Assembly: GCA_964544885.1 (NCBI GenBank)
Contig: CAZJDX010000005.1
Coordinates: 19,862 to 83,861, forward strand
Reading direction: 5' to 3'
Origin: an uncultured Flavobacteriales bacterium
GTDB lineage: Bacteria > Bacteroidota > Bacteroidia > AKYH767-A > 2013-40CM-41-45
Length of the DNA: 64,000 bases
In this document: in pieces, positions 9,314-18,830 of the stretch
Numbering within the stretch: position 1 is the first letter of the stretch
How the letters are laid out: each line of letters starts with the position of its first letter
Translations under genes and position numbers: made by a program
Notes under the pieces: model-generated
Seen by the model: the letters and a program-made list of their open reading frames with translations, nothing else
The model's database searches: none
Told to the model about the DNA's origin: nothing

Positions 9314-10242
9314 GAACGGTCTGCATTCTATTCTTATTATTTCTCCCTCTCTTGCCCTACGCTCAGGAACTCTACCCGCATAACGAACCTGCAAGTAATG
9401 TTCCGGCAAAAGTGCTGGGCTTCAGGCTTAGTAACGAATGGTATGACGAGCTTGGTCAGTTGAGAAGCATGCAGTCATACAGGCTGATGTGGGGCTTCAC
9501 TCCGGAGCTGATGATCTCTCAATCCCTCACTTTTTCAAATCATCACGGTGAGAAACTACCCGAAGATTTCATTGCTTCCGATGGAAGGATTGGTTTGCAT
9601 ACCCATGGAATTCAGAAAGGGAAAGACTATCCGTACCAGTTTGAAAATGTCAGCTATGTGCTTAAGTACAGATTTTTAAGTCTTGATAATAAAAACAGGC
9701 ATTTCAGGATGGCCGCTTCCCTGGATGCTGCCTTTGGCAGCCGCGCACATGATGAAGCTGAACCGGGTTTCTATGGGGATAATTCAGGTTATGGCGCCGG
9801 TGTAGTCGCGACCTATTTGAATAATAAGCTGGCTGTTTCAACAGGTGTTGGCTATATCAAACCAAACAAATATTCTCAGAAATACGTATATAATGTAAGC
9901 ATTCATTACGGGGATGCATTTACCTATAATCTTTCACTGGGCTATTTGATCCTTCCTTTTAAGTATAAAAGTTACAAACAGACAAATTTGAATCTTTATG
10001 TTGAGTTCATGGGCAAAACCTACGGCAAGGCAGATGTAAAAGTGGATGGTTCCAATGTCATTCTTGCCGACGTTCCCGGTCTCGAAAAGGGAAACTACAT
10101 TGAACTAAGGCCTTCATTACAACTAATTATTCATTCAAATACCCGTCTTGATTTCTCCATTGCCAAACCACTCTTGGAAAAATCCTATGTGAGGTTTTAT
10201 CCTGCCTATTATGTTAATCTTCAACATTACTTTTTTTTCTGA
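9310..10242 (+). CDS. Predicted outer-membrane beta-barrel protein (hypothetical)
   Basis: Signal peptide (LFLLFLPLLPYAQE), alternating amphipathic segments, C-terminal aromatic YFFF. Start overlaps the previous stop (ATGA). Confidence 0.45.
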   Translation: MRTVCILFLLFLPLLPYAQELYPHNEPASNVPAKVLGFRLSNEWYDELGQLRSMQSYRLMWGFTPELMISQSLTFSNHHGEKLPEDFIASDGRIGLHTHGIQKGKDYPYQFENVSYVLKYRFLSLDNKNRHFRMAASLDAAFGSRAHDEAEPGFYGDNSGYGAGVVATYLNNKLAVSTGVGYIKPNKYSQKYVYNVSIHYGDAFTYNLSLGYLILPFKYKSYKQTNLNLYVEFMGKTYGKADVKVDGSNVILADVPGLEKGNYIELRPSLQLIIHSNTRLDFSIAKPLLEKSYVRFYPAYYVNLQHYFFF

Positions 10243-10322
10243 TCAACAATATATTGTTGTAAATTTTGTGGATGAGGTCATTTCTTCTTGATTACTTCCA
10301 TCAGAAAGCATTATCTTTGAAT

Positions 10323-10703
10323 ATGTTCAATAATTTAAGGAAGCTGCTTATTTTATTGCTTTGTTTCGCGGTATTTATACACTCTGGAAGTAAACTTATT
10401 GTGTTCGGATCATACCTCCTGAACAAAGATTATATAAAGGAGGTACTGTGCATAAATAAAGAAAAAGCCTCCATGGACTGTGAGGGCAAGTGCCATCTGA
10501 AGAAGGAGCTTGAAAAAGATAACGGACAAGATAAAAGTAATCCTAAGCCGTTTGATGTAAAAACTGAATTTGCAGGATTCAAACACAATGTGGCTGATTT
10601 TTCTTTTAGTGATTTCGTGAATGGGGTATCCCATAATACACCTTACAATTTTTCATTCAGCTCAACACCAGACTTTGGCATTTTCCATCCGCCAAGAACC
10701 TGA
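10323..10703 (+). CDS. Hypothetical membrane/secreted protein with Cys/His motif
   Basis: Hydrophobic N-terminus (LLILLLCFAVFIHSG), then CINKEKASMDCEGKCH. The ORF track begins at 10266; I chose ATG 10323. Confidence 0.35.
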   Translation: MFNNLRKLLILLLCFAVFIHSGSKLIVFGSYLLNKDYIKEVLCINKEKASMDCEGKCHLKKELEKDNGQDKSNPKPFDVKTEFAGFKHNVADFSFSDFVNGVSHNTPYNFSFSSTPDFGIFHPPRT

Positions 10704-10775
10704 GCCTATTTTTATTGATTATTTTTTACCGCTGCCTCAGTTGAGGTGTGCGTAAATCTCATTTCATTCCATGCT

Positions 10776-11843
10776 ATGTTAAAAAACATTGTTTTGACAG
10801 CCTTGATGCTGTGCATGTATTTCGTTTCATCTTCTCAGGAAGTGAAAGAGGAAGTGCTCTGTACCAAGATCTGCTGTTGTTGCTGCAACTATGATCCGAC
10901 ACCAGCGGGAGTATCGCTTAGCCATCTTCATTCCAAAGGAGAATGGATGATTTCATTTCAATCCATGTTCATGAAAATGGATGGACTTCTTTCGGGCACA
11001 AATGAAATTTCTGAAAATGAGATTTTCCTGTATTATCTCATGTCGCCCGACAAGATGAGCATGAATATGTACATGATGATGGGTATGTACGGCATCAGCA
11101 ACAGATTCACAGCCATGGTCATGTTAAATTACCTGAAGCAGGACATGGAAATGAACATGTTTTCTGCCGGTGGGCATGTTCATGGCGGAAGTGAAGGAAG
11201 CAATATTCATTTGATGAACACATCGGGAATATCTGATGCCCAGACTCATTTGTTATTCAGCCTGTATGAGAATGAAAAAAGTCTGCTTATGCTGAGTGCC
11301 GGGCTTAATCTGCCCTTGGGCAGCATAGAAGAGAAAGCTCCCCTCACTGATCCGATGTATCCGGATATGCGATATCCTTATGCGATGCAAAACGGTTCAG
11401 GAACTTTTGATATTATACCTGGGATAACCTATACTTATCAAAAGGGGAAAAGCACATGTAGCATACAACAGACTTACTATGCACCCTTGAATTCAAACAG
11501 CATCGGATACAGGAAAGGAAATGAATCCATGACTCAAGCCTGGTTTGCTTATAAATGGCTTCCTTTCCTGAGCAGTTCCCTTCGGACGCAATTTCTGGCT
11601 ACCGGTAAAATCATTGGTTCGGACAGGCAACTCTATGCTTTTACTGAGCCTGCAGCAAATCCGGCCAATTATGGAGGTGAACGAATTCAGTTGTTTGCCG
11701 GTACGCAATTCAGTCTTCGCAGACCATTCTGGAAACATTTCCGGATGGGAGCCGAATACGGATTTCCGGTATTTGAAGACTTCAACGGAATTCAGATGAA
11801 GACTTCCGGAATTCTCAATTTCAGTCTTTCGGTTTCATACTAA
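10776..11843 (+). CDS. Met/His-rich outer-membrane protein, CopB/PcoB-like candidate copper channel
   Basis: Signal peptide from ATG 10776 (GTG 10746 also possible). CTKICCCCCNYD penta-Cys run, Met-rich MSMNMYMMMGMYG and DMEMNMF, His-rich HVHGGSEGSNIH, then a beta-barrel-like C-terminal ~250 aa ending in an aromatic residue. Confidence 0.45.
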   Translation: MLKNIVLTALMLCMYFVSSSQEVKEEVLCTKICCCCCNYDPTPAGVSLSHLHSKGEWMISFQSMFMKMDGLLSGTNEISENEIFLYYLMSPDKMSMNMYMMMGMYGISNRFTAMVMLNYLKQDMEMNMFSAGGHVHGGSEGSNIHLMNTSGISDAQTHLLFSLYENEKSLLMLSAGLNLPLGSIEEKAPLTDPMYPDMRYPYAMQNGSGTFDIIPGITYTYQKGKSTCSIQQTYYAPLNSNSIGYRKGNESMTQAWFAYKWLPFLSSSLRTQFLATGKIIGSDRQLYAFTEPAANPANYGGERIQLFAGTQFSLRRPFWKHFRMGAEYGFPVFEDFNGIQMKTSGILNFSLSVSY

Positions 11844-11853
11844 AATTAACATT

Positions 11854-12642
11854 ATGATACAATTGAAATATTATACCTGCTTACTGATGATGGTTATTGC
11901 CATGGTCAGTTCATGCACGGAAAAGGATGATGATAATTCTCCGGATAAGGACAATACACCTGTTCCAACCGGAAAGTACTTCTTTCATCTTCACAGTTAC
12001 ATTGATGAATCTGAAGTTGATTTGTATAATATTACCTATACATCTCTTGACGGCCGTGACGTTTCATTAAGCCTTGCCCAGCTTTACATTTCAGAAGTTG
12101 AGCTTGTGAAGCTTGATGGATCCGTCCAGCCAGTGTCCGGACCTTTGATCCTTAAGGTACTTGACAAAGAGACCTACTATGCTGGTGACGTACCGGTAGG
12201 GAACTATAAGTCTGTCAGATTTAAAGTGGGACTCACTCCCGCGATGAATGATTTAGTTCCGGGGGATTCACCTGATTCCCTGCTACTGAACAGGCCTGAA
12301 ATGTGGTTCGGTTCAAGTCCTCAACCGGATTCCTATGTCTTCATGAATGTTTCAGGGTCCATTGACACCTCCTCATCATTGAATGGCAGTATGGCTCAGT
12401 TCAATTACAGGATTGGCACTGATTCACATTACATGCAAGTCCAAATGCCTGACAGGAATTTCAGCATCGTTGAAAATCAGGTGGAGTATGGTCATGTCAT
12501 TATTGATTTCCTCAAACTATTCTCCGGAATTCAGGTCAATGTCCCTTCTAATCTGAGTGTACTCAGCCCTTTGGATAATATGCAAAGTCATGCGGCCCGG
12601 ATCGCAGACAATATTCCATTGATGTTCCGCTACGAAATGTGA
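11854..12642 (+). CDS. Hypothetical lipoprotein (possibly MbnP-like; unverified)
   Basis: Lipoprotein signal (IAMVSSC). No motif I can assign confidently. Confidence 0.4.
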   Translation: MIQLKYYTCLLMMVIAMVSSCTEKDDDNSPDKDNTPVPTGKYFFHLHSYIDESEVDLYNITYTSLDGRDVSLSLAQLYISEVELVKLDGSVQPVSGPLILKVLDKETYYAGDVPVGNYKSVRFKVGLTPAMNDLVPGDSPDSLLLNRPEMWFGSSPQPDSYVFMNVSGSIDTSSSLNGSMAQFNYRIGTDSHYMQVQMPDRNFSIVENQVEYGHVIIDFLKLFSGIQVNVPSNLSVLSPLDNMQSHAARIADNIPLMFRYEM

Positions 12643-13025
12643 TGATCAGATTATTAACTGTGATGTACCTGATTACGGTATGTGCCTGCACTTATAAAAA
12701 GGAGTCTGTTGTGATAAAGTGTGATACACCCGACACAGTCTCCTTCAGCGCTCATGTTATACCATTGTTCACTTCACATTGCAGTCTTTCAGGTTGTCAT
12801 AGCGGAAGCTCGCCTGAGGGGAATCTGAATCTTGAAGCATCAGTTGCTTATACCAATGTTACCAATCCGGTTTCAGGATATATAGATGTCCGGAATCCTT
12901 CATTCAGTCTTTTGTACTCATCCATGAGATCTTCCACCGATCCAATGCCCCCTGATGGAAATCTGGATGATTGCAAACTTGAAATCATTCTCAGGTGGAT
13001 CGAACAGGGAGCCGCCAATAACTAA
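12639..13025 (+). CDS. Small lipoprotein with PSCyt1-like (Planctomycete-type cytochrome c) domain carrying a non-canonical C-x4-CH site
   Basis: 128 aa, lipoprotein signal (TVCAC). VIPLFTSHCSLSGCHSGSSPEGNLNL ... DPMPPDGNLDDCKLEIILRWIEQGA matches the PSCyt1 pattern (I/V-x-P-I/L... C-x-x-C-H-G ... MPP ... WI-x-x-GA), but with CSLSGCH instead of CxxCH. Confidence 0.45.
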   Translation: MMIRLLTVMYLITVCACTYKKESVVIKCDTPDTVSFSAHVIPLFTSHCSLSGCHSGSSPEGNLNLEASVAYTNVTNPVSGYIDVRNPSFSLLYSSMRSSTDPMPPDGNLDDCKLEIILRWIEQGAANN

Positions 13026-13055
13026 ACAAACAATTAATCAAAAAAATTATAAACC

Positions 13056-15206
13056 ATGATAAAATCAAAACAAATTCTGTCTATCATTCTTCTCACTTAT
13101 TTCATTCACTTATTCAATACCTCAGAGGCGCATTTCGGATCAAAAGGTCCTTTTGGCGGTCATGTATCCTGTATCATTACCACTGATACAATGGCTTATA
13201 TCGGTACTGAGAATGGGGGTGTTTACGAAAGCACCAATTCAATGATCCAGGTCTGGAGAGCAAGACCTGTTGGTTTGAAAAGCGGTAAGATCACTGCTTT
13301 GGCTCACACCGGCTCTTATCTTTTTTCCGCCACCGCCGACAGCGGTGTTTTCCGTTTCACTGGTTATGTTGGCTCCGACCGTTACTGGGAAAAGGTTAAT
13401 AATGGAATTACCCAACTGCAGATGAAATCGCTCCTTGCACTCGACAGTATCACGGTATTGGCTGGAACAGACGGAGGCGGCTTGTTTAAAACCATAAACA
13501 ATGGTGTTTCCTGGAATGCTGTAAGCAGCACGCCATTGAATGGTGCTGTGATCACTGACATGGCAAAATCCACAGACAGGATTTTTCTCTCCACACTGAC
13601 GGGAGGGATATTTATTTCTGATAATGGCGGTGATAACTGGATGGATTTCAATGATGCCAATACGCTGGGAATAGGGGGGAGCAACAGGCTGTCATACAAT
13701 AGTTCTACCGATGAGTTGATGATACTGAATGACAGCGGACTTTTTATTTGCAGTTCTGCCTCTCTTGCAGGAAGCGCTGTTTTCATACCTGCAGGAAACG
13801 GGTTATCCTCTTTCAACGGTATCAACGACCTTAGCAATGACGGATCCACATGGTACCTGGCAACTGAAGATGGTGTCTATTCGACAGTAACCGGAATATT
13901 GAATTGGAGTCTGCAAAATACAGGCATGCCTGCCCAAAGTATCCGTGCAATAGGTTCCGTTCAGAATATGGTGATTGCCGGTAGCAGGGAGAATGGAATT
14001 TTCAAAACTCCTGCCGCGTCTGTAAACTGGAGCCCCGTGAATACAAATTTCAACAACCTGAGAACACACTCAATGATCACGAAAGACACTACCCTGGTGG
14101 TGGCCGCAACTGAGAAAGGCGTATTTGTCAGCACGGATCTGGCCAGTTCTTATACGGCATCCAATAATGGATTAACGGATAGTTTATTTGTAAATGACAT
14201 TTGCTTTTTCGGTAATACGCTTGTGGCTGTAACAATTTACCAGGGAGTTTTCATAAGCCAGGATACCGGAAAGAGCTGGACTCAGTTCAATCCGAATTTA
14301 ACGCAAATGGATGTACGGAAAGTTTATTCATCTTCAAACTATGTATACATCATCGACGGCCCGGGAGATATCTTTCAAAGTGATCTGGTTAATGGATGGA
14401 ACATGATCATGACTGGTCTTCCCTTTGCCGTTCAGCCTACATCCATAGCTTTTTACAATAATAATATTGTTCTCGGTACAGAAGGAGACGGAGTATTTGT
14501 CAGAGCTGAGTCAGGTGGAAACTGGTCTCAGATCATTACCGGTCTTACCGATCTGAATGTAATGGCTGTAACCGCATCCACAACACATATCTTTGCCGGT
14601 ACCCGGAACAGCGGAGTCTTCGTGTCTGACATTTCATCCCTGACCTGGACTGCAGCTGCAGCGATCAGTATTCCGCATACTTCCATGCTTGAATTGGAAA
14701 CAAATAAGATCCAGGCAATGGCATTTTACCGGGGTTATGTTTATGCTTCGTACCGGGGTGGGCTGGTAGCTACGTCAGATAATGGATCATCCTGGATCGA
14801 AGCCGGAAACCAGTTCAACCTGCCAACATATACTAATGTGAGAAAGATTTCTCATGTAACTACAAGAGTTTTTGTGACTACCGATAACAATTCCCTGTAC
14901 AGCAATTCCCTTTCCGAATTGCCACCACTGGGAATTTCGGAACTCAACCGTGAAATGAACAATGATAACTTGCTTGTAAGTCCTAACCCTGCGAAAGGCA
15001 GCTTTAAAACCTGGCTTTCAGATAAAAATGTAAAAATTGAATTGCTCAGAGTTCTCGACTTCCAAGGCAAACTTATTCTGGAACTTCGAGGCGGACAAAA
15101 TGCTCTTGAAGTAAATGATTTAGATGAATTAAGTTCCGGCTTATATTATGTTCAGGCCTTCACCGGTAAAGAAATACTGGTTCAGAAGTTAATGATAAAT
15201 CAATAA
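13056..15206 (+). CDS. BNR/Asp-box repeat beta-propeller protein with T9SS type A C-terminal sorting domain
   Basis: 716 aa, signal peptide. About 12 repeats of G-[VIL]-[FY]-x-S-x-D-x-G-x-[ST]-W (e.g. GGIFISDNGGDNWMDF, QGVFISQDTGKSWTQF). C-terminal SPNPAKGSFKTW...LYYVQAFTGKEILVQKLMINQ T9SS CTD. Confidence 0.7.
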   Translation: MIKSKQILSIILLTYFIHLFNTSEAHFGSKGPFGGHVSCIITTDTMAYIGTENGGVYESTNSMIQVWRARPVGLKSGKITALAHTGSYLFSATADSGVFRFTGYVGSDRYWEKVNNGITQLQMKSLLALDSITVLAGTDGGGLFKTINNGVSWNAVSSTPLNGAVITDMAKSTDRIFLSTLTGGIFISDNGGDNWMDFNDANTLGIGGSNRLSYNSSTDELMILNDSGLFICSSASLAGSAVFIPAGNGLSSFNGINDLSNDGSTWYLATEDGVYSTVTGILNWSLQNTGMPAQSIRAIGSVQNMVIAGSRENGIFKTPAASVNWSPVNTNFNNLRTHSMITKDTTLVVAATEKGVFVSTDLASSYTASNNGLTDSLFVNDICFFGNTLVAVTIYQGVFISQDTGKSWTQFNPNLTQMDVRKVYSSSNYVYIIDGPGDIFQSDLVNGWNMIMTGLPFAVQPTSIAFYNNNIVLGTEGDGVFVRAESGGNWSQIITGLTDLNVMAVTASTTHIFAGTRNSGVFVSDISSLTWTAAAAISIPHTSMLELETNKIQAMAFYRGYVYASYRGGLVATSDNGSSWIEAGNQFNLPTYTNVRKISHVTTRVFVTTDNNSLYSNSLSELPPLGISELNREMNNDNLLVSPNPAKGSFKTWLSDKNVKIELLRVLDFQGKLILELRGGQNALEVNDLDELSSGLYYVQAFTGKEILVQKLMINQ

Positions 15207-15225
15207 TCAATCCGATTAATTGGAC

Positions 15226-15260
15226 AAAGAGCCTTCAAATCTGAAGGCTCTTTGTTTTTG
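15226..15260 (+). terminator. Rho-independent terminator
   Basis: 10-bp perfect stem agagccttca/tgaaggctct with a 4-nt loop, followed by TTTGTTTTTG. Confidence 0.7.
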
Positions 15261-15504
15261 GTCATCCATGCTATATTGATACAGCGTATTTATTTAAATG
15301 CAAATGCTAAGCCTAAGAATGGGCTACATTACAGGTTAACCGGGACCTTTTCTTAGCCATCAGTCAGGTGACAAATAAGGTACAAACATGCCACGCATAA
15401 ACCGACACTTACATGAAATAAAATAATTTGGCAGGTATAATTAAGGCCCTTGTTCATTGGGCATTGTACTGGTTTAGGAATAGTTGGGTGTTTGTTTTGG
15501 ACAG

Positions 15505-16923
15505 TTACTTTCCGATACAAAATTTAGAAAAGATATTTGTCAGCAGGTCTTCGTTGCTGATCTGCCCTGTGATCTCACCCAGGTAATGAAGGGCATGCCG
15601 GAGATCTATGGCGATAAGATCGCTGCTTTGTTTTTTTTCTATTCCTTCCTTAACACGTTCTAATGAAATTTGCGTCTTCCTGAGCGCATCAAGGTGACGT
15701 ACATTGGTAACTATCGTATCGCCGGCAAGGAGCTTTTCTTCCTCAATCATAGATGTCAATACAGACGTGATGCTGAAAAGATTGGCTCGTTGCTTAGCGG
15801 AGATGAAAAGGATATCTGGTATTTCCCTGAATTCTTCCTTCAGTCTCTCCAGATCATGTCCGTCAATTTTATTGGCAACAGGTATGATACGGAAGCCTGA
15901 CCGGAGTTCTTTCTTCAACTGTTCCAGTTTTTCCTGCAGGGATGATGCAGTGGTATCATTTACGTCGAAGAGAAAAAGAATGACAGGGCTTTGTCGTATT
16001 TTCTCCCAGGTCCTTTCAACACCGATCTTTTCTATGGTATCACCTGTTTCCCTTATTCCCGCCGTATCAATGAACCTGAACTTAACGCCGGCAAGAACAA
16101 TCTCTTCCTCTATGGTATCGCGGGTAGTGCCGGCAATTTCGCTGACAATAGCCCGTTCTTCATTAAGCAGCGCATTCAATAAGGTGCTCTTGCCAACATT
16201 AGGTTGACCGGCAATAACTACCGGTATTCCGCTTTTCAACACATTTCCCAGTTCGAAAGATGTTATGAGTTTCCCGATAAGAGAATTCAATTGTCCGACA
16301 GTTTTTTCAAGATCGGTCCGGCTGGCAAATTCAACATCTTCTTCAGCAAAATCCAATTCAAGTTCGATCAAAGAAGCCAGATTAATGAGTTTCTCCCGTA
16401 ATTCCGCAATCTCATTGGAGTATCCACCGCGAAGCTGATTCATGGCAAGGCGGTGCGCGGAAATGGATTCAGCAGCGATGAGATCGGCAACCGCTTCAGC
16501 CTGACTGAGGTCGAGCTTTCCTGTCAGAAATGCTCTCAAGGTAAATTCACCGGGCTGAGCCAGGCGCGCACCCTTACGGATGAAGTATTCAAGTACCTTC
16601 TGTTGGATAAACAAGGATCCGTGACAGGATATTTCAACAACATCTTCCCCGGTGAATGAGCGAGGCTTTTTAAAAACCGAGACAAGCACTTCATCCAGAA
16701 TATGTCCATCTTCTTCCAGGGTCCCGAAATGCATAGTGTGAGTCTTGCTATCCTTCAGTCTTTTTTTTCTGCCTCCGGCGGAAACAAAGACCTGATCAAC
16801 AAGGCTCACCGCCTCAGGACCGGAAAGCCTTAGCAAGGCAATGGCACCTGCTCCGGCTGCTGTGGAAATGGCAACGATCGTATCTTTCCTTTGTATATCG
16901 AGCATAGAGTTATTATCTCCCAA
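15505..16923 (-). CDS. mnmE: tRNA modification GTPase MnmE
   Basis: 472 aa, G-domain motifs (GQPNVGKS, DTAG), C-terminal CIGK tetrapeptide characteristic of MnmE. Confidence 0.9.
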   Translation of the reverse strand: MGDNNSMLDIQRKDTIVAISTAAGAGAIALLRLSGPEAVSLVDQVFVSAGGRKKRLKDSKTHTMHFGTLEEDGHILDEVLVSVFKKPRSFTGEDVVEISCHGSLFIQQKVLEYFIRKGARLAQPGEFTLRAFLTGKLDLSQAEAVADLIAAESISAHRLAMNQLRGGYSNEIAELREKLINLASLIELELDFAEEDVEFASRTDLEKTVGQLNSLIGKLITSFELGNVLKSGIPVVIAGQPNVGKSTLLNALLNEERAIVSEIAGTTRDTIEEEIVLAGVKFRFIDTAGIRETGDTIEKIGVERTWEKIRQSPVILFLFDVNDTTASSLQEKLEQLKKELRSGFRIIPVANKIDGHDLERLKEEFREIPDILFISAKQRANLFSITSVLTSMIEEEKLLAGDTIVTNVRHLDALRKTQISLERVKEGIEKKQSSDLIAIDLRHALHYLGEITGQISNEDLLTNIFSKFCIGK

Positions 16924-17059
16924 AATTAAGTTTTTATGGCTATTCAGGGAAAAAACCTAACTTCGCCCTGCCTTTAAATCTAATTAAATACTCCTGCCTT
17001 CCGAAGGCCGGACAAGGAGAGTTTCAAGAAAGAATATCAACCACTTAAGATCTGAATTT

Positions 17060-17941
17060 ATGAGCGTATTAGTGAACAAGAACAGTAAAGTGATCGTGCA
17101 GGGTTTTACGGGCAGCGAAGGTACTTTTCATGCCGGACAGATGATAGAATACGGTACAGATCTCGTGGGCGGAGTTACACCCGGAAAGGGAGGCACTCGC
17201 CATCTGGACAGGCCTGTCTTTAACACCGTCAGCGATGCAGTAAGTAAAACCGGTGCGGATGTAAGTATAGTCTTTGTTCCACCGGCATTTGCAGCGGATG
17301 CCATCATGGAAGCCGCCTCAGCAGGTATAAACCTTATTGTTGCCATCACCGAAGGAATACCAACAAGAGATATGATCATGGTGAAAGAATACCTGAGCGA
17401 TAAACAAGCCAGACTTATTGGTCCGAATTGCCCGGGCGTAATCACTGCCGGTGAATGCAAAGTGGGTATCATGCCCGGATTCGTTTTCAAACCCGGTAAG
17501 ATCGGTATCGTTTCAAAGTCGGGTACACTTACCTACGAGGCAGCCGACCAGGTGGTGAAGGCAGGTATGGGAATATCAACTGCCATTGGAATCGGAGGTG
17601 ATCCTATTATCGGAACGACCACGAAGGAGGCTGTGGAATTATTTATGAGTGATCCGGAAACAGAAGGAATTATTATGATCGGGGAGATTGGTGGAAGTCT
17701 GGAAGCTGAAGCCGCACGTTGGATAAAGCAAAATAACAAAAAGCCTGTAGTGGGATTTATTGCGGGACAAACCGCTCCTCCCGGCAGAAGGATGGGTCAT
17801 GCCGGAGCGATCGTTGGAGGTGCGGACGATACTGCTGCAGCCAAAATGAAAATCATGCGTGAGTGTGGAATCCATGTATGTGAATCACCTGCCGTAATCG
17901 GTAAGACAATGGCGGAAGTGCTGGGTAAAGTTATTGCCTGA
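17060..17941 (+). CDS. sucD: Succinyl-CoA synthetase alpha subunit
   Basis: 293 aa, CoA-binding N-terminus ([15 protein letters not shown]) and the phospho-histidine region (MGHAGAI). Confidence 0.9.
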   Translation: MSVLVNKNSKVIVQGFTGSEGTFHAGQMIEYGTDLVGGVTPGKGGTRHLDRPVFNTVSDAVSKTGADVSIVFVPPAFAADAIMEAASAGINLIVAITEGIPTRDMIMVKEYLSDKQARLIGPNCPGVITAGECKVGIMPGFVFKPGKIGIVSKSGTLTYEAADQVVKAGMGISTAIGIGGDPIIGTTTKEAVELFMSDPETEGIIMIGEIGGSLEAEAARWIKQNNKKPVVGFIAGQTAPPGRRMGHAGAIVGGADDTAAAKMKIMRECGIHVCESPAVIGKTMAEVLGKVIA

Positions 17942-18001
17942 GCACCACGGTATCGGGTGCCGTATCGGAATCATTTCTTCTATCCATAAAATCTTCAAGA
18001 C

Positions 18002-18751
18002 GTGAATACACTTTTAAAGGATAAGACAGCCCTTGTTACCGGAGCATCCAAAGGTATTGGAAGAGGCATCGCATGGCAACTTGCTAAAAGCGGAGCCAAT
18101 GTTGCTTTTACGTATTTGTCCTCTGTAGAGAAAGGCCAGGCACTCGAAGCGGAACTCACCTCGCTGGGTATTAAAGCCAAAGGATACCGTTCCGATGCAA
18201 GTGACTTCAATGCTGCGGAAAAACTCATTGATGATGTGCTGAAGGACTTCGGTTCACTTGACATTGTGGTAAACAATGCCGGTATAACACGCGATGGCCT
18301 GCTGATGAGAATGACCGAAGAACAATTCAATGAAGTGGTTCGCACCAATCTGAACTCTGTTTTTAATATTACCAAGGCCTGCCAGAAACCTATGCTAAGG
18401 CAAAAGAGCGGGAGTATTATCAACATCACCAGTGTGGTAGGCGTAAAAGGAAATGCCGGTCAGTCAAATTATGCCGCTTCAAAAGCCGGAATCATCGGCT
18501 TCACCAAATCAATTGCCCTGGAACTTGGTTCCCGTAATATTCGTTGTAATGCCATTGCGCCCGGTTTTATTGAAACAGAAATGACGGAAGTACTTCCCGA
18601 AGAAACCGTTAAACAGTGGCGCGAAGCCATCCCGATGAAGCGGGGAGGGACTCCTGAAGACATCGCCAATGCGGTGGTATTTCTTGCCTCTCCCATGTCA
18701 GCTTATATCACCGGACAGGTATTGCATGTGAACGGTGGAATGCTCACCTGA
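18002..18751 (+). CDS. fabG: 3-oxoacyl-[acyl-carrier-protein] reductase
   Basis: 249 aa SDR: TGASKGIGRGIA, NNAGITRD, YAASKAG. Confidence 0.85.
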   Translation: MNTLLKDKTALVTGASKGIGRGIAWQLAKSGANVAFTYLSSVEKGQALEAELTSLGIKAKGYRSDASDFNAAEKLIDDVLKDFGSLDIVVNNAGITRDGLLMRMTEEQFNEVVRTNLNSVFNITKACQKPMLRQKSGSIINITSVVGVKGNAGQSNYAASKAGIIGFTKSIALELGSRNIRCNAIAPGFIETEMTEVLPEETVKQWREAIPMKRGGTPEDIANAVVFLASPMSAYITGQVLHVNGGMLT

Positions 18752-18830
18752 TAAATCCTTCCAAGAACATAAATGTAGTTGTGACCATTGGGCGCCTGTC
18801 CCGGTAATTATTTATTTCCTAAAATTATAA

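Noticed and set aside
15261-15504. ~245-bp convergent intergenic region (after the BNR gene terminator, before the mnmE 3' end) as a possible sRNA locus.
   Set aside because: Beyond the clear + strand terminator, only a weak hairpin (gccc...gggc) is present for mnmE. There is no promoter-like TAnnTTTG motif, so the evidence is insufficient.
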